Below are positions 1 to 64,000 of a stretch of 64,000 bases of DNA, piece by piece. Within the stretch, counting starts at the first letter, position 1, and each line of letters begins with the position of its first letter. A program made the position numbers and the translations under genes. Under the pieces are notes generated by a model that did not search any database, had not been told where the DNA came from, and was given only the letters and a program-made list of their open reading frames with translations. Source of the DNA: Chrysomallon squamiferum (Eukaryota; Animalia; Mollusca). The stretch is from positions 13,826,001 to 13,890,000 of the forward strand of contig CM022668.1 of the NCBI GenBank assembly GCA_012295275.1. The letters run 5' to 3'.

Positions 1-61411
<61,411 letters not shown>

Positions 61412-61512
61412 CTGAAACACAACAGACCCGCAGAAAATGCTAACAACAGGACCGCAGTAAATAATACAGAATTTCACAGAAAATAGTAATTGCAATTAAC
61501 TTGACTGGGAGT

Positions 61513-61585
61513 ACAAATGGAATTACTATTATTTTGTTTTTCTTAGTTATTAAGAAGAAAAATAAATAATAGTAATTCCATTTGT
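61513..61585. repeat. near-perfect inverted repeat / hairpin
   Basis: acaaatggaattactattattt ... aaataatagtaattccatttgt; 22 bp perfect stem extending imperfectly to ~33 bp. Confidence 0.85.
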
Positions 61586-62817
61586 GCAGAAAATGTCAAC
61601 AATAATTCAGCAGAAAATAGTATTAGCAATTCAGCAGAAAATGGTAATACTAGATTTGCTAAAACAAAAAATAGTAATACTAATTCAGCAGTAAAAATTA
61701 AAAATTATATTAATAATAATAACAATTCTGTAGTGAAAGTTAATAAAGCGAAATAAATTATAGTAATAACTATAAACACGCATTTCAAGATGGAAGGGTG
61801 GAAAATATCAGCCCCTCCCATTTACTGCTGAGACATTATTTACATTACCCCCTTCAAAACTGTTTTACTTAAACTACAACTGAAAAAGATTTATACTATC
61901 CACTTACACTGTTTCTTAAACTGAAAATGGAATGCTCTAGATATTATTTATTAACTTATTGGTGTGGAATTCAAGATCTCCCCTCTTTAACTTCATGCTT
62001 CAATTGAGGGCAAAAAAAGTTAAACAACCAAGTTTCGAGTTATACCCTGTTCATAAACTCTTCGTACAAAGGATGTAAGAGGTCTTCCCTGTATATAATC
62101 TCTCCTTAAACAGTGACCAGGAGGCTTTTATAAACCCTTTATTAAACAAATGTTGATAGATTTCTGGTTCTTTTCAAACATAATGCCTAAACAGAAAGTG
62201 GAAGATGGGTCGAAATTTTTCAAAAATCCATTATTTAAAAAGTGGGCATTTTTAAGCTAAATATTCTATTCAGATCCTCGGATTAGATTTTGATTGAGGA
62301 ATTTCCAACTGTCTATAAAAACCAAAATGAATATAGTTAGGAATTAAGCTGTCCTCTTAACACAGCCCCTTAACGTATTATTTACAATAAAATAAAAAAA
62401 TGTATTTCATTACTTACAAATAAACAACATATTTTATTCAACAATGAATTAATATATTTTTTACAATGTGAAAAAATAAATGTTAAAAATATAGTTACCA
62501 TATTTTATAAAGCTAACTAATGCTAAATGTTAACTAACTTTCATCAAGAAATGTGAATGTAAATAAATAAAAACAAATTCAGAATATCTTACTCTCTTTG
62601 AAATATGCTTTTTTAACACTAAAAATAAATAATTTAAACTGAGAAATATTTAAAAATAACAAAATATATTTAATTATTACTAAATTAATAAATAAATGTA
62701 AATAAAGATGTTTTTGGAAGTAGGTGAAAATAATTAATAGTTCAAACATCATTAAAAATATAAATAAATAAATAAATAAATAAATAAATTTAAATCTTAG
62801 AAAACAAATCTTTGAAA

Positions 62818-62853
<36 letters not shown>

Positions 62854-63512
62854 ATTTATATTTAATCGTTACTAAAACCAAAATAAGAAATAATTAAATA
62901 AGCTAACTAATTAACATAATTTATTATAACTCAGTATAAACAAATAAGTCTTACAAAGAGAAAAGAAGAGCAATTACTACTACACATACAATGACAATTC
63001 TAGCTAAATTAATCTAAGATAGGCCATATACATTATAACAGTTTCACTAACTGTCAACAAAAATACTTTTATCAAGTGAAGGCAATTTTACACTATTTAT
63101 AAGATCTAAGCAGAAAAACATTTATTCCATGGCACTTTTTATTTTTTTGTTATTAATTTTGTTTAATTTTGATGGTTGTGCAGAAAATGTCATATGAATA
63201 TGGCCTATATTTGACATGACTAGCAGAAATTCTATGTTAATGCTATTTTCTACACAGTTAATATTTAGAAACTAAAGCTGCATATGAATTCACAGTTATG
63301 AAATCAAAAGAGATACTGTTAAGCTATGTTATTTGTTAGATATATATACATATATACTGTGTAATTTTAATTTTTATTAATAAACAAATAATAAAAATAA
63401 GAGTGATTCAACAAAAAAAGATTCTGATTTTTAAACAATATATTTAAAATGAAATATAAATAAAAAAATAAAAATTAAAAATAATAAAATAAAGTAAAAT
63501 AATAAAAATAAA

Positions 63513-63567
<55 letters not shown>

Positions 63568-64000
63568 CAACAACAATAACAATAATAACAACAACAACAA
63601 AAAAGGACCAAAATTAAATAAAAAGAACTAGTGGTATGACAGGTAACATCAAAATAGTTCCAAGGGAGGTAACTCTTTGCAGCAAAAGCTTAAACACAGC
63701 CAAAGCTTAGTAATGTGTGTGCACACAGCAAATGCAAGCCAAGACAAGATAAACATGGATAAAAAGAAAGTATATCGACAAAAATTAATATTAAAATTAT
63801 TTCCACGTTTTTCTTTTCAAAAAATATAAATAATAATCATTTTTCTTTTGCCTTCCTTTATTTATTTTATTTTTAATTTATTTACTTCCTTTATTTTGTT
63901 TATTTATATATATATATATATATATTAAGATTTTTAGTTTTGTTTTCATAACTTTTTATTTATGTATTTATTTATTTATTTATTTATTTATTTATTCCAA

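Noticed and set aside
61780-63800. Higher-complexity intron DNA as a possible transposon or upstream exon
   Set aside because: No recognisable ORF, terminal repeats or LDLa motif; cannot be supported without a database search.

Overview
Animal genomic DNA (AT-rich, microsatellite-dense introns; probably an invertebrate, possibly a mollusc/cephalopod, which is only an inference). The whole window lies inside one minus-strand multi-exon gene for an LRP1-type giant LDL-receptor-family protein. I traced 76 GT-AG exons with consistent phases, from LDLa repeat 2 (61274-61411) to an EGF exon running off the left edge. The window holds LDLa clusters of (2)/7+1 degenerate/10/11, YWTD propellers, EGF repeats and an RSRR furin site. 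The 5' exons and the transmembrane/cytoplasmic exons lie outside the window. The main unusual signal is that several introns carry unrelated tandem arrays whose unit is a copy of the adjacent exon-intron junction. These give rows of decoy splice donors (2412-4049, 12478-12762, 34270-34620) or acceptors (19981-21225), plus two-copy junction duplications (23349-23430, 47795-47945, 60530-60845). Four LDLa exons look disrupted (an in-frame TAA, two scrambled exon ends, one degenerate exon); these may be assembly errors. Most ORF-track entries are microsatellite artefacts.
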